Source: an uncultured Dehalococcoidia bacterium (GTDB lineage: Bacteria; Chloroflexota; Dehalococcoidia; Lucifugimonadales; UBA1127). From it: 54,845 nt of DNA. Of this stretch, positions 38,665 to 46,961 are shown piece by piece. The notes under the pieces are model-generated. The model saw only the letters and a list, made by a program, of their open reading frames with translations. It was not told the origin of the DNA and did not search any database. Location: the NCBI GenBank assembly GCA_964499855.1, contig CAZCPU010000001.1, forward strand, positions 1 through 54,845. The letters are read 5' to 3'. Both the position numbers and the translations under genes were made by a program. Each line of letters opens with the position of its first letter. Position 1 is the first letter of the stretch.

Positions 38665-39804
38665 GTGACCGCAGACTCCGCCCCGCTGTTGCGCACCGCC
38701 CTCTACGATAGCCACATCGCCGCCGGCGGGCGGATGGTCCCCTTTGCAGGATGGGAGATGCCCGTCCAGTACAAGGGGGTCATCGCCGAGGTGAAGGCCG
38801 TTCGCAACGACGTCGGCATCTTCGACGTGTCCCACATGGGCCGGCTCAACATCTACGGATCCGGCGCGGCGTCATTCATGGACAACCTGGTTACCTTCAG
38901 CGTCAAGACGCTCGCCACGGGGCGGGCACGCTACGGGTTCATCCTCTCCGACAGCGGGGGCATTCTGGACGACGTCATTCTCTACCACACCCAATTCGAT
39001 GACGGCAGCGACCTGCTGCGGCTCGTGTGCAATGCCTCCAACCGCCTGGCCGTCATAGGATGGATGGACCAGAACGCCGCAGCCTTCCCAGGCGTCATCT
39101 TCAATGACCACACGTATGAGACTGCACTAATTGCCGTGCAGGGCCCCCGCGCGTTGCAGGTCGTCGACGGTCTGTGCATTGGGGACCCCAAGCCGTCGGC
39201 GCTGCGGCCATTTGCCGCGGACACGTTCCCCTTCGCCCTCAGCGATGAGGTCAACGCCGAGGGGTTTGTCGGCCGGACGGGGTACACGGGTGAGGACGGC
39301 GTAGAAATCGCTATAGACGCCGCATATGCGCACCGGTTGTGGGAGGCATTAACGGCTGCCGGAGCGACTCCCTGTGGACTCGGCGCACGAGACGTTCTCC
39401 GCCTCGAGGCCGGACTGCGTCTCCACGGCTCTGACATGGACCACACGACCACGCCTTTTGAGGCCGCGCTAGAGCGTTTTGTCAACATGGACAAGAACAT
39501 CTTTCACGGCCGCGACGCGCTCGAGCTGCAGGAAGAAGACGGCCTGCCCCGGCGACTGACGGGATTCCGTCTACTCGGCGGAGGGGTGCCACGCCACGGC
39601 TGCGCCATCCTGCATGAAGGAAAGACCATAGGCGAAGTCACCAGCGGCACCTACTCTCCAATCCTTGACACCGGTATTGCCATGGGATACGTTTCCACTG
39701 ACCACTCTACACTGGGCCGTAAGGTCCAAATCGACCTACGCGGACGGTTGGTTGAGGCGGAAGTAGCGGAGCTTCCATTCTACCGGCGTCCCAAAACCAG
39801 CTAA
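38665..39804 (+). CDS. gcvT: glycine cleavage system aminomethyltransferase (T protein)
   Basis: The start is GTG at 38665, preceded by a [35 protein letters not shown] is present. Confidence 0.92.
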   Translation: MTADSAPLLRTALYDSHIAAGGRMVPFAGWEMPVQYKGVIAEVKAVRNDVGIFDVSHMGRLNIYGSGAASFMDNLVTFSVKTLATGRARYGFILSDSGGILDDVILYHTQFDDGSDLLRLVCNASNRLAVIGWMDQNAAAFPGVIFNDHTYETALIAVQGPRALQVVDGLCIGDPKPSALRPFAADTFPFALSDEVNAEGFVGRTGYTGEDGVEIAIDAAYAHRLWEALTAAGATPCGLGARDVLRLEAGLRLHGSDMDHTTTPFEAALERFVNMDKNIFHGRDALELQEEDGLPRRLTGFRLLGGGVPRHGCAILHEGKTIGEVTSGTYSPILDTGIAMGYVSTDHSTLGRKVQIDLRGRLVEAEVAELPFYRRPKTS

Positions 39805-39816
39805 CTGGAGCACACC

Positions 39817-40203
39817 ATGACTGAGCACCCCAGCGAATTGCGCTACACGATTGAGCACGAGTGGGTGCGTGTCGAGGATGACGGCACGGCAACAATTGGC
39901 GTGACATTCTTCGCGCAGGACCAGCTCGGCGACGTCGTATACATCGTCCTGCCGGCGGTGGGCACCACGCTGCAGGCGGGGGCCAGGATGGGAGAGATCG
40001 AGTCGGTCAAGTCAGTCTCCGACCTCTACGTCCCGGTGAGTGGCGAGGTACTCGAGACCAACCAGGACGTCATCGAACACCCGGAGCGCGTCAATGAGGA
40101 CCCGCACGGCGCGGGGTGGATGGTCCGCGTCCGCATGTCCGACCCCTCGGAAGTTGACCGGCTGCTCACCAACGAGCAGTACGACAGTGCAATAGCAAGC
40201 TAG
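39817..40203 (+). CDS. gcvH: glycine cleavage system H protein
   Basis: The lipoyl-lysine motif GEIESVKSVSDLY is present. Confidence 0.95.
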   Translation: MTEHPSELRYTIEHEWVRVEDDGTATIGVTFFAQDQLGDVVYIVLPAVGTTLQAGARMGEIESVKSVSDLYVPVSGEVLETNQDVIEHPERVNEDPHGAGWMVRVRMSDPSEVDRLLTNEQYDSAIAS

Positions 40204-40217
40204 GACGCAACTCAGAG

Positions 40218-41552
40218 ATGTCAACTCCCTTCCCGCACTCCTACCTCCCGCACACTGAAGCACAGCGCCTGGAGATGCTGGCCGCAATCGGGGTGACCTC
40301 CGTCGACGAACTCTTTGCCGACATCCCGGGCGCCTTCCGCAATCCGGAGATATCCCTTCCGCCCGCGTTGACCGAACTCGAGCTCCTCCGGGAGATCGGA
40401 GGGCTCGCCAAGCGCAATGCCGTCCCGGGAGAAGTCCCTTGCTTTGTGGGAGGTGGAGTCTACCGGCATTTCATCCCGAGCGTCGTCGGCGCGATGATCT
40501 CACGCGGGGAGTTCCTCACCTCGTACACGCCATACCAGCCCGAGGTGAGCCAGGGCACCCTCCAGGCCACGTACGAGTACCAGAGCATGATCTGCGAGAT
40601 CACCGGCATGGAGGCCGCCAACGCAGGCATGTACGATGGCGCGAGCTCCCTTGCGGAGGCCGCGCTCATGGCATGCCGCGTTACGGGCCGGCACAGCGTC
40701 GTTGTTCACAACACGGTCAACCCCCGCTATCGAGCGGTCGTCGACACGTATCTTCTGCCCCAGGGCATCGAGGTCATCAGCGCCGCGCCCGGCGAGGAGT
40801 CCATATCGGATTCAACAGCATGCGTGCTGGCCCAGTACCCGGACTACTTCGGCGTGGTACGCGACCTTACCGCGCTTGCGGATGCCGCCCATGAAGCGGG
40901 CGCGCTGCTCGCAGTCAGCGCCGACCCTGTTGCGCTCGGCATGTTTCGTGCGCCGGGGGAGTTCGGCGCTGACATAGTGACGGGGGAGACGCAGCCCATC
41001 GGCGTCAATTTGAGCTTCGGCGGCCCATACGTTGGTTACTTCGCATGCCGGATGACTCACATCCGGCAGATGCCGGGACGGATAGCCGGGCGCACTGTCG
41101 ACCACGAAGGACGCGTCGGTTACGCGCTCACGCTTCAGACCCGGGAACAGCATATCCGCCGGGAGCGCGCGACCTCCAACATCTGCACCTCGGAGGCGCT
41201 CATCGCTACGGGCACTGCTGTCTGTCTCGCCGCACTGGGGCCGGACGGATTGCGCCGGATGGCTGAACTCAGCTACCAGAAGGCGCACTATGCCGCAGCG
41301 GAGATTGCGGCGTTGGAAGGTTACGCAATTGCGGAGCGTGGCCCATGGTTCAATGAATTTGTGCTCAGGTGCCCGCGAACTGCGAATGAGACCAACGCCG
41401 CCCTGTGGCAGCGCGGCATCATCGGCGGAATTGACGTGGGTGACGCAGTCGAGAATGGCTTGCTGCTCAGCGTCACGGAGATGCATACCCGCGCCGAGAT
41501 TGACGCCCTCGCGGCGGCGCTCTGCGACATCCAACGGGAGGGAGCGCGATGA
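40218..41552 (+). CDS. gcvPA: glycine dehydrogenase (decarboxylating) subunit 1
   Basis: The family N-terminus YLPHTEAQRLEMLAAIGV is present in a 444 aa protein. Confidence 0.92.
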   Translation: MSTPFPHSYLPHTEAQRLEMLAAIGVTSVDELFADIPGAFRNPEISLPPALTELELLREIGGLAKRNAVPGEVPCFVGGGVYRHFIPSVVGAMISRGEFLTSYTPYQPEVSQGTLQATYEYQSMICEITGMEAANAGMYDGASSLAEAALMACRVTGRHSVVVHNTVNPRYRAVVDTYLLPQGIEVISAAPGEESISDSTACVLAQYPDYFGVVRDLTALADAAHEAGALLAVSADPVALGMFRAPGEFGADIVTGETQPIGVNLSFGGPYVGYFACRMTHIRQMPGRIAGRTVDHEGRVGYALTLQTREQHIRRERATSNICTSEALIATGTAVCLAALGPDGLRRMAELSYQKAHYAAAEIAALEGYAIAERGPWFNEFVLRCPRTANETNAALWQRGIIGGIDVGDAVENGLLLSVTEMHTRAEIDALAAALCDIQREGAR

Positions 41553-43024
41553 CGACCGACGGCGTCTCTGCACAGCGCGCGCACCACTCGCTGTGGGACC
41601 TCTCCGCACCGGGCCGATCCGGCGTACGGCTGCCGGAGTCGGACGTCCCCGCACAGCCGATGCCGGATGCCGATCTCCTTCGCAAGGAACTTCGGCTGCC
41701 GGAAGTCTCGGAGTTGGACGTCGTGCGGCACTACACGCGGCTGGCGCAGAAGAACTTCTCCGTGGACACCAACTTCTACCCGCTCGGCTCCTGCACCATG
41801 AAGTACAACCCCAAGATCAATGACATGATAGCGTCGCAACCCGGCTTTTCGGGCATACACCCGCTGCAGCCGGAGGAGACGGTGCAGGGGGCGCTGGAGC
41901 TCATGCACCGGCTGCAGCGGGACCTGCAGGCCATTACCGGCATGCCGGCTGCCTCCCTCGCCCCCCTCGCGGGAGCTCACGGCGAGCTTGCGGGCGTCCT
42001 GATGATCAAGGCCTACCATGAAGCGCGCGGCGAGTCCGAACGCAAGGTCATGCTCATCCCGGACAGCGCTCACGGCACCAACCCGTCATCCGCCTCGATG
42101 GGCGGGTTTGAGGTGGTGTCACTCCCATCGGACAGCACAGGAAGCGCGGACCTCGCCGCAGTGGAGGCCGCGGCAAATGACCGCCTCGCCGGCCTGATGA
42201 TCACCATTCCGAACACGCTTGGCCTATTCAACCCTAACATCGCGCGCATCTGCGAGATCGTTCACAACGCGGGCGGACTCGTCTACGGCGACGGCGCCAA
42301 CATGAATGCCCTGCTGGGCCGCGCCCGCACCTACGACCTCGGTTTCGACGTCGTGCACCTGAACCTTCACAAGACAATGAGCACGCCCCATGGAGGCGGC
42401 GGCCCCGGCGCGGGCCCCGTCTGCGTCAGGGAGCGGCTTGCTCCATACCTGCCCGCACCCGTCGTCGAGAAGATTGCGGACGCCGAGGGGGTGCGCTACC
42501 GCTTCGCCACACCGCCGCACTCCATCGGCGCGATGTCCGCCGGGCACGGGAACTTCGGCGTGCTGGTGCGCGCATACACGTACCTTCGAGCACTCGGAGC
42601 GGACGGCCTGCGCCAAGCCAGCGGCGACGCCGTGCTGAACGCCAACTACCTGCGACGCAAGCTCGAGCATATCTATCGCGTCGCAGTTGACCGCATTTGC
42701 ATGCATGAGGTCGTCTTCACGGGGCGGCCGCAACGCGAGAAGGGCGTGAAAGCGCTCGACATATCCAAGCGCATGATCGACTACGGCGTGCACCCGCCCA
42801 CAATGTACTTCCCGCTCATCGTTGAAGAAGCGCTGATGGTCGAGCCCACGGAAACGGAGAGCAAGGAGACACTGGACGCCTTCATCAAAGTCATGACAAC
42901 CATCGCAAGGGAAATCGAAGAGAGTCCAGAGCTGTTGCGCGAAGCGCCGCACGTCACTCCGGTCGGCCGGCTCGACGAGGCGCGGGCCGCGAGGCAGCCG
43001 GACCTGCGATGGCAAGCGCCGTAG
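41549..43024 (+). CDS. gcvPB: glycine dehydrogenase (decarboxylating) subunit 2
   Basis: The PLP-lysine region HLNLHKT is present. The start overlaps the end of gcvPA by 4 nt. Confidence 0.92.
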   Translation: MTTDGVSAQRAHHSLWDLSAPGRSGVRLPESDVPAQPMPDADLLRKELRLPEVSELDVVRHYTRLAQKNFSVDTNFYPLGSCTMKYNPKINDMIASQPGFSGIHPLQPEETVQGALELMHRLQRDLQAITGMPAASLAPLAGAHGELAGVLMIKAYHEARGESERKVMLIPDSAHGTNPSSASMGGFEVVSLPSDSTGSADLAAVEAAANDRLAGLMITIPNTLGLFNPNIARICEIVHNAGGLVYGDGANMNALLGRARTYDLGFDVVHLNLHKTMSTPHGGGGPGAGPVCVRERLAPYLPAPVVEKIADAEGVRYRFATPPHSIGAMSAGHGNFGVLVRAYTYLRALGADGLRQASGDAVLNANYLRRKLEHIYRVAVDRICMHEVVFTGRPQREKGVKALDISKRMIDYGVHPPTMYFPLIVEEALMVEPTETESKETLDAFIKVMTTIAREIEESPELLREAPHVTPVGRLDEARAARQPDLRWQAP

Positions 43025-43039
43025 AAGAGCTCGCCTTCA

Positions 43040-43069
43040 TTGACACCCCGAGAGTCCCGACCCTAGAAT
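43040..43069 (+). promoter_or_regulatory. candidate promoter for tRNA-Gly
   Basis: TTGACA (43040-43045), an 18 nt spacer, then TAGAAT (43064-43069), 11 nt before the tRNA. Confidence 0.55.
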
Positions 43070-43080
43070 GAGTTTCCACC

Positions 43081-43155
43081 GCGGGCGTAGCTCAGTGGTA
43101 GAGCCCTTGCTTCCCAAGCAAGTTGTCGTGGGTTCGACTCCCATCGCCCGCTCCA
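43081..43155 (+). tRNA. tRNA-Gly (CCC), CCA encoded
   Basis: Acceptor GCGGGCG/CGCCCGC, anticodon arm CTTGC-TTCCCAA-GCAAG, T arm GTGGG-TTCGACT-CCCAT, then TCCA. Confidence 0.9.
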
Positions 43156-43171
43156 TCCCCGACGATGTCGT

Positions 43172-43215
43172 ACCAGAAAGAAGAAGACCCCGCATGTGTA
43201 TGCGGGGTCTTCTGA
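43172..43215 (-). terminator. intrinsic terminator for cysH (may also stop tRNA-Gly readthrough)
   Basis: A 12 bp stem pairs GAAGACCCCGCA with TGCGGGGTCTTC (43183-43212). On the minus strand it is followed by UUCUUUCU. Confidence 0.75.
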
Positions 43216-43237
43216 TCTTCGAGAGTCCGGCCTGTTC

Positions 43238-44023
43238 TTACCCGCCGGGGGCAAGGTTGCGCAAGATGCTAAGCAGCCCGGGCTTCTTCTCATACTGTGG
43301 CGCGTCAAAATGCAGCCCGCACTCCGTCTTGTCGAAGTAGGCCCAGCGGCCCGCACGCGGATCCTCACCGACCTGGACGGGGCGCGTGCAGTGGGTGCAG
43401 CCAAGGCTCGGGTAGCCCTGGTCGTTCAGTGGATTGTAGGGCACGTCGTGTTCCTCCAGGTAGGCGCGCGTCTGCACCTCGCTCCATGCCGCCAGTGGGT
43501 TCACCTTGAGGAGGCCAAACTTGGCATCCCACTCGACAACGGCAACTTCCTTGCGCGTCGACGACTGGTCGCGGCGGATGCCGGTAATCCACGCGTCGAA
43601 GCCTTCGAGGGCGCGGGCAGTCGGCTCCACCTTGCGCAGGTCGCAGCAGAGGTTCGGGTCGCGGGACCAGAGCGCCTCGCCGTACTGGGCGGCCTGCTCG
43701 AGCGGCGTCAGGGCTGACTTGAACGCCTGCGGCTCAATGCCGTACCGCTCGGCGACGAGGTCGCGGAGGGCGTACGTCTCCGGGAACAGGAAGTCCGTGT
43801 CCGCGTAGAAGACTGGGACCGCGGGGTCAAGCTTGAGGGTCATGTCAAGGAGGACCATGCCGCTGACGCCGCCAAAGCTACATGCCAACGTGACCTTGCC
43901 CGGGAACTGCTCCATCGCCCAGGACAGGACCTCCTCCGGCGACGCGCCTTCAAGTCGCCGGTTGACGGCTTCCAATTCTTCAGCGGTCCACTGCCTCTTC
44001 TGCTCAACTGCCGCGTTCTGCAA
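43238..44023 (-). CDS. cysH: adenylyl-sulfate/phosphoadenylyl-sulfate reductase (Fe-S type CysH)
   Basis: The LCCDLRKVEP and GCTHCT Cys pairs and the C-terminal KTECGLH are present. The start is TTG, preceded by a GAAGGAG SD. Confidence 0.9.
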   Translation of the reverse strand: MQNAAVEQKRQWTAEELEAVNRRLEGASPEEVLSWAMEQFPGKVTLACSFGGVSGMVLLDMTLKLDPAVPVFYADTDFLFPETYALRDLVAERYGIEPQAFKSALTPLEQAAQYGEALWSRDPNLCCDLRKVEPTARALEGFDAWITGIRRDQSSTRKEVAVVEWDAKFGLLKVNPLAAWSEVQTRAYLEEHDVPYNPLNDQGYPSLGCTHCTRPVQVGEDPRAGRWAYFDKTECGLHFDAPQYEKKPGLLSILRNLAPGG

Positions 44024-44057
44024 GGGACATTCTCCTTCGTTTCGTGGTTCGATTCAC

Positions 44058-44092
44058 AAAAAAATCGCCCTGGCTCATCCGCCGGGCGATTG
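44058..44092 (-). terminator. intrinsic terminator inside the cysH 5' leader (attenuator)
   Basis: The minus strand reads AAUCGCCC-GGCGGAUGAGCCA-GGGCGAUU followed by UUUUUUU, ending ~35 nt before the cysH start. Confidence 0.7.
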
Positions 44093-44121
44093 CGTGGTCT
44101 CTGCGTACGTTCTACGTATTC

Positions 44122-44220
44122 TTAGCCGCTCAGACCCTCCATCCCGGCGGAAGCGGGCATACAACAGCAACAACACACGCAGCTGTTCGCCATGGTCGCT
44201 ATCTGCCGGTTGCGGGACAT
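44122..44220 (-). CDS. candidate Cys-rich leader peptide (32 aa) of the cysH attenuator
   Basis: My own translation is MSRNRQIATMANSCVCCCCCMPASAGMEGLSG, followed by a stop. The codon run TGC GTG TGT TGT TGC TGT TGT occupies 44161-44181. An AAGGAGG SD lies 12 nt upstream of the ATG. The ORF sits between the candidate promoter and the leader terminator. Confidence 0.55.
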   Translation of the reverse strand: MSRNRQIATMANSCVCCCCCMPASAGMEGLSG

Positions 44221-44251
44221 ATTCCCAGTGTTCCTCCTTGACTTGTGAAAG

Positions 44252-44280
44252 AGGATACAATCGCAAGAGCGCCGTGTCAA
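44252..44280 (-). promoter_or_regulatory. candidate promoter of the cysH leader
   Basis: The minus strand reads TTGACA (44280-44275), a 17 nt spacer, then TATCCT (44257-44252). Confidence 0.5.
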
Positions 44281-44362
44281 CACTCACTCGAATATCCGTG
44301 TCACCTTGCCCCTACTGCCGTGCGTGCCGATAATGGCCGCGCATGTGAAGGAGGCGAATTCG

Positions 44363-44656
44363 ATGCTTGCGGTCGTTCAGCGACATGAGCTTGGCGGCGA
44401 CGAGCATGTGCTGCCCCTGCTATTGGAGGCGTACCCCGTCGACACCGTCGGGCAGCTGCACTACTTTCTCGTTTTCTGGTGCCAGGCCGGCCGCGAGGCT
44501 ATGACCGCAGGGATGGGCAAGGAGCTCGTGGGGGACATGCTCGCGTTGCTCTCCGAGTACGGCATCGACCCTGACCGCTGCCGTCTGGAGGAGTCGGACG
44601 GCGACGAAGACCCCAGCATCGGCCCTCCGCCGGACTGGTACAACCGCAGGGACTAG
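44363..44656 (+). CDS. hypothetical protein (97 aa)
   Basis: I chose the ATG at 44363 because an AGGAGG SD lies 8 nt upstream. I recognise no motif in the protein. Confidence 0.45.
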   Translation: MLAVVQRHELGGDEHVLPLLLEAYPVDTVGQLHYFLVFWCQAGREAMTAGMGKELVGDMLALLSEYGIDPDRCRLEESDGDEDPSIGPPPDWYNRRD

Positions 44657-44671
44657 GCCTCCGCCTCCTCG

Positions 44672-45157
44672 CTAGGCGTCGCCGGCGAAGTGCGCGATCT
44701 CCACGAAGGTCCTCGCGTGGTCCGACCAGTCGAACAGCTTTGCCTCCACCACGCGCTCCGCGTCGATACCCACCACGAGTTGCTGAACGGGGAACATCTT
44801 GCCGTCGCCCCATGGATCGGAAGCGTTCTCAATGTCCACGTTGGAGAGGTACGAGCGGCCGTTGGGGTGCGAGTGGTAGATGATTCTCGGAGGCTCTTCC
44901 GAGTCTATGCCCTGGTTGAAAGCGAGCACGTCCTCCTTGCTGAAGACGTAAGCGGTCTCCTCGCCGCGCATCGACGCGGTGGGGTGGATTCCCTGTGACT
45001 GGGCGTTGACGCAGGGGCGGGCCTTCGTCACGGAGGCGCCGTCGCGGGGGCCGGCGAGCCAGCCGCAGCACTCGGCGGGAAAGGACTCGCGGGCATGGGC
45101 GTACACCTCACGGAGTATGTGTTGCGGGATCGCCAGGGGCGCGGGAGCATCGGACAT
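44672..45157 (-). CDS. JAMM/MPN+ metalloprotease-like protein (Mov34 family)
   Basis: ECCGWL (the Glu region) and HSHPNGRSYLSNVD (the H-x-H-x7-S-x2-D JAMM motif) are present. Confidence 0.8.
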   Translation of the reverse strand: MSDAPAPLAIPQHILREVYAHARESFPAECCGWLAGPRDGASVTKARPCVNAQSQGIHPTASMRGEETAYVFSKEDVLAFNQGIDSEEPPRIIYHSHPNGRSYLSNVDIENASDPWGDGKMFPVQQLVVGIDAERVVEAKLFDWSDHARTFVEIAHFAGDA

Positions 45158-45328
45158 AGGTGACTCCTCGACTTGTTGCCTCTCACCTTAGGAGTTACAT
45201 CGCCCGCAAGCAAGCGCAGCCCCGGAGAATCGTGGTCTTCCGCTAACTTTCGGCGGGCACATTCCGTTCCCTACCTTGAACGCGTTCGGCTGAATCGACC
45301 GTCAGAAGAGTGACAGTCAGGGGGGAAA

Positions 45329-46648
45329 ATGAAGCGATTCCTGGGGATTGGAGCCTTGGTCCTCGCCCTGGCCCTTATGGTGCCCGCCGCCATCCTTGCC
45401 TTCTCAACCACGCAGGACAACCGGCAGGGCGGGAACGTTTCGGCCAGCGAGAGCGACGGCTCGACGGACTCGACCAGTACGGAAGAAGACACTGACTCGA
45501 AGGCCTGGGTCGGCATCTACATCATGGAAGTCACTGAGCGGCTTGCCGAGAAGCTGGACATCGACGCTGAGGAAGGCGTGGCCGTCGTGCAGGTTGTAGA
45601 GGACGGGCCCGCGGACGACGCGGGCATTGAGCGGGGAGACATCATACTGACAATCGCCGGCAGCGACATTTCGAGCGTGTCGGACGTACGGGACGCCGTC
45701 GGCGACGCGGGCGTCGGCGACACGCTCACGTTCACCATCGAGCGTGACGGGAGCGAATCCACATACGACGTCACCGTAGGCGAACGGACTGAGGCCATGA
45801 AGCATCGCAACTCGTCAATGGTGCGGAAGTCCGGCGTCATGGGGGCTTCAGGCATCGGCGCCACCATCGCATCACTCGACGCGGAGCTGGCGGAAAAGCT
45901 CGACATCGAGGCGGAAGAGGGCGTAGTGATTGTCCGGGTCGCGGACGGCGGCCCCGCGGACGATGCCGGGTTGGAAAAGGGCGACGTCATCGTATCGGTT
46001 GACGGCACTGTTGCCGACACGGTTTCGGACGTGACCGGGGCGGTGCGAGGCGCGGAGGTGGGCGACACGCTTACATTCGTGGTGGACCGCGAGGGCGAGT
46101 CGAGCGACCTCTCACTCGACGTGACCGTTGAGGAGGGCTACGGGCTCCGCGGCGCGGGCCTCAACCTGAGAGGGCTTGGCAGTCTTCGGGGCGTCCTGTC
46201 CAGCGACGAGGATGGGCCCGTCAACATCACGGTCAGCAAGGTCACAGTAAAGGCAGTTGGCGAGGACTCCGTCACGCTGACACCAACCGAGGACGGCAAC
46301 GACGACATCACCGCAAACGTTACCGACTCCTCCATTATCGTCACGGACGGCGAAAAGGCTGATCTCAGCGACCTCAGCGTCGACGACGAGGGCTACGCCG
46401 TGGTGATCGACGGCGACCTCAAGCTGCTGCTCATCGGCTCGTTTGACGACATAGGCCGCGGGCAGGGGCGATTCGGGCGCTTCGACGGGAACCACGGTGA
46501 CGGCGACGCCGCGCGACGGTTCGGCCGCGGGTTCGGCGGGGGCACCTTCACCCTGCCGCCAGGAGTCTCAGAAGGGAGGGGCTTTCCTGGCCCCTTTGAC
46601 GGATTTGGAGGAACCCTGGAGCTCCCGCAGCTGGAGACCACCACGTAG
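45329..46648 (+). CDS. membrane-anchored/secreted protein with two PDZ domains and no recognisable protease domain
   Basis: The N-terminal hydrophobic segment is FLGIGALVLALALMVPAAILAF. The PDZ pattern is duplicated (GVAVVQVVEDGPADDAGIERGDIILTIAG and GVVIVRVADGGPADDAGLEKGDVIVSVDG). The C-terminal tail is rich in Gly, Phe and Arg. Confidence 0.8.
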   Translation: MKRFLGIGALVLALALMVPAAILAFSTTQDNRQGGNVSASESDGSTDSTSTEEDTDSKAWVGIYIMEVTERLAEKLDIDAEEGVAVVQVVEDGPADDAGIERGDIILTIAGSDISSVSDVRDAVGDAGVGDTLTFTIERDGSESTYDVTVGERTEAMKHRNSSMVRKSGVMGASGIGATIASLDAELAEKLDIEAEEGVVIVRVADGGPADDAGLEKGDVIVSVDGTVADTVSDVTGAVRGAEVGDTLTFVVDREGESSDLSLDVTVEEGYGLRGAGLNLRGLGSLRGVLSSDEDGPVNITVSKVTVKAVGEDSVTLTPTEDGNDDITANVTDSSIIVTDGEKADLSDLSVDDEGYAVVIDGDLKLLLIGSFDDIGRGQGRFGRFDGNHGDGDAARRFGRGFGGGTFTLPPGVSEGRGFPGPFDGFGGTLELPQLETTT

Positions 46649-46679
46649 ATCCGCGCGCCAGCAGCTTCCCCTCCTCAAG

Positions 46680-46720
46680 GAGAGAGGCCAGTGCTCACTG
46701 GCCTCTCTCTTATTCATGTT
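46680..46720 (+). terminator. intrinsic terminator
   Basis: GAGAGAGGCCAG-TGCTCA-CTGGCCTCTCTC followed by TTATTCATGTT. Confidence 0.8.
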
Positions 46721-46961
46721 CGGCAACCAGGCGCAAAGGAACGAGAACTTCCATCAACCCACATGAAGGAACCATCCCAGCGAAACAAGCGTCTGTATTC
46801 GTCAGCCGAGGGTACGCTTCGCCTGGCGGACAAGGGAGCATTGCGGCGCGGGGGAGTGGTGACACTTGACACGCCTTTTAGTACGCTAGTTAGTCAGTTG
46901 ATGGATGATCCCAAATCTGGAAGGGACATCCATCCAGGGGGGTCAATTCACAGGAGGGGTA

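Noticed and set aside
44100-44250. Possible SAM-I/SAM-IV riboswitch upstream of cysH
   Set aside because: The region has only a loose resemblance (GGAGGAACACUGGGAAUAUGUCCCGCAACC versus the SAM-I GGAGGGACUGGCCC...CCCGGCAACC core). The conserved 3' half (GUGCNAAUUCC...) is absent. The Cys-codon leader ORF explains the region better. A covariance-model scan should still be run.
46860-46945. TTGACA-containing promoter-like site and the 8 bp inverted repeat GATGGATG...CATCCATC upstream of the solute-binding protein gene
   Set aside because: No acceptable -10 hexamer lies at 16-18 nt spacing from the TTGACA. The inverted repeat is short with a 22 nt loop, which is within chance expectation.
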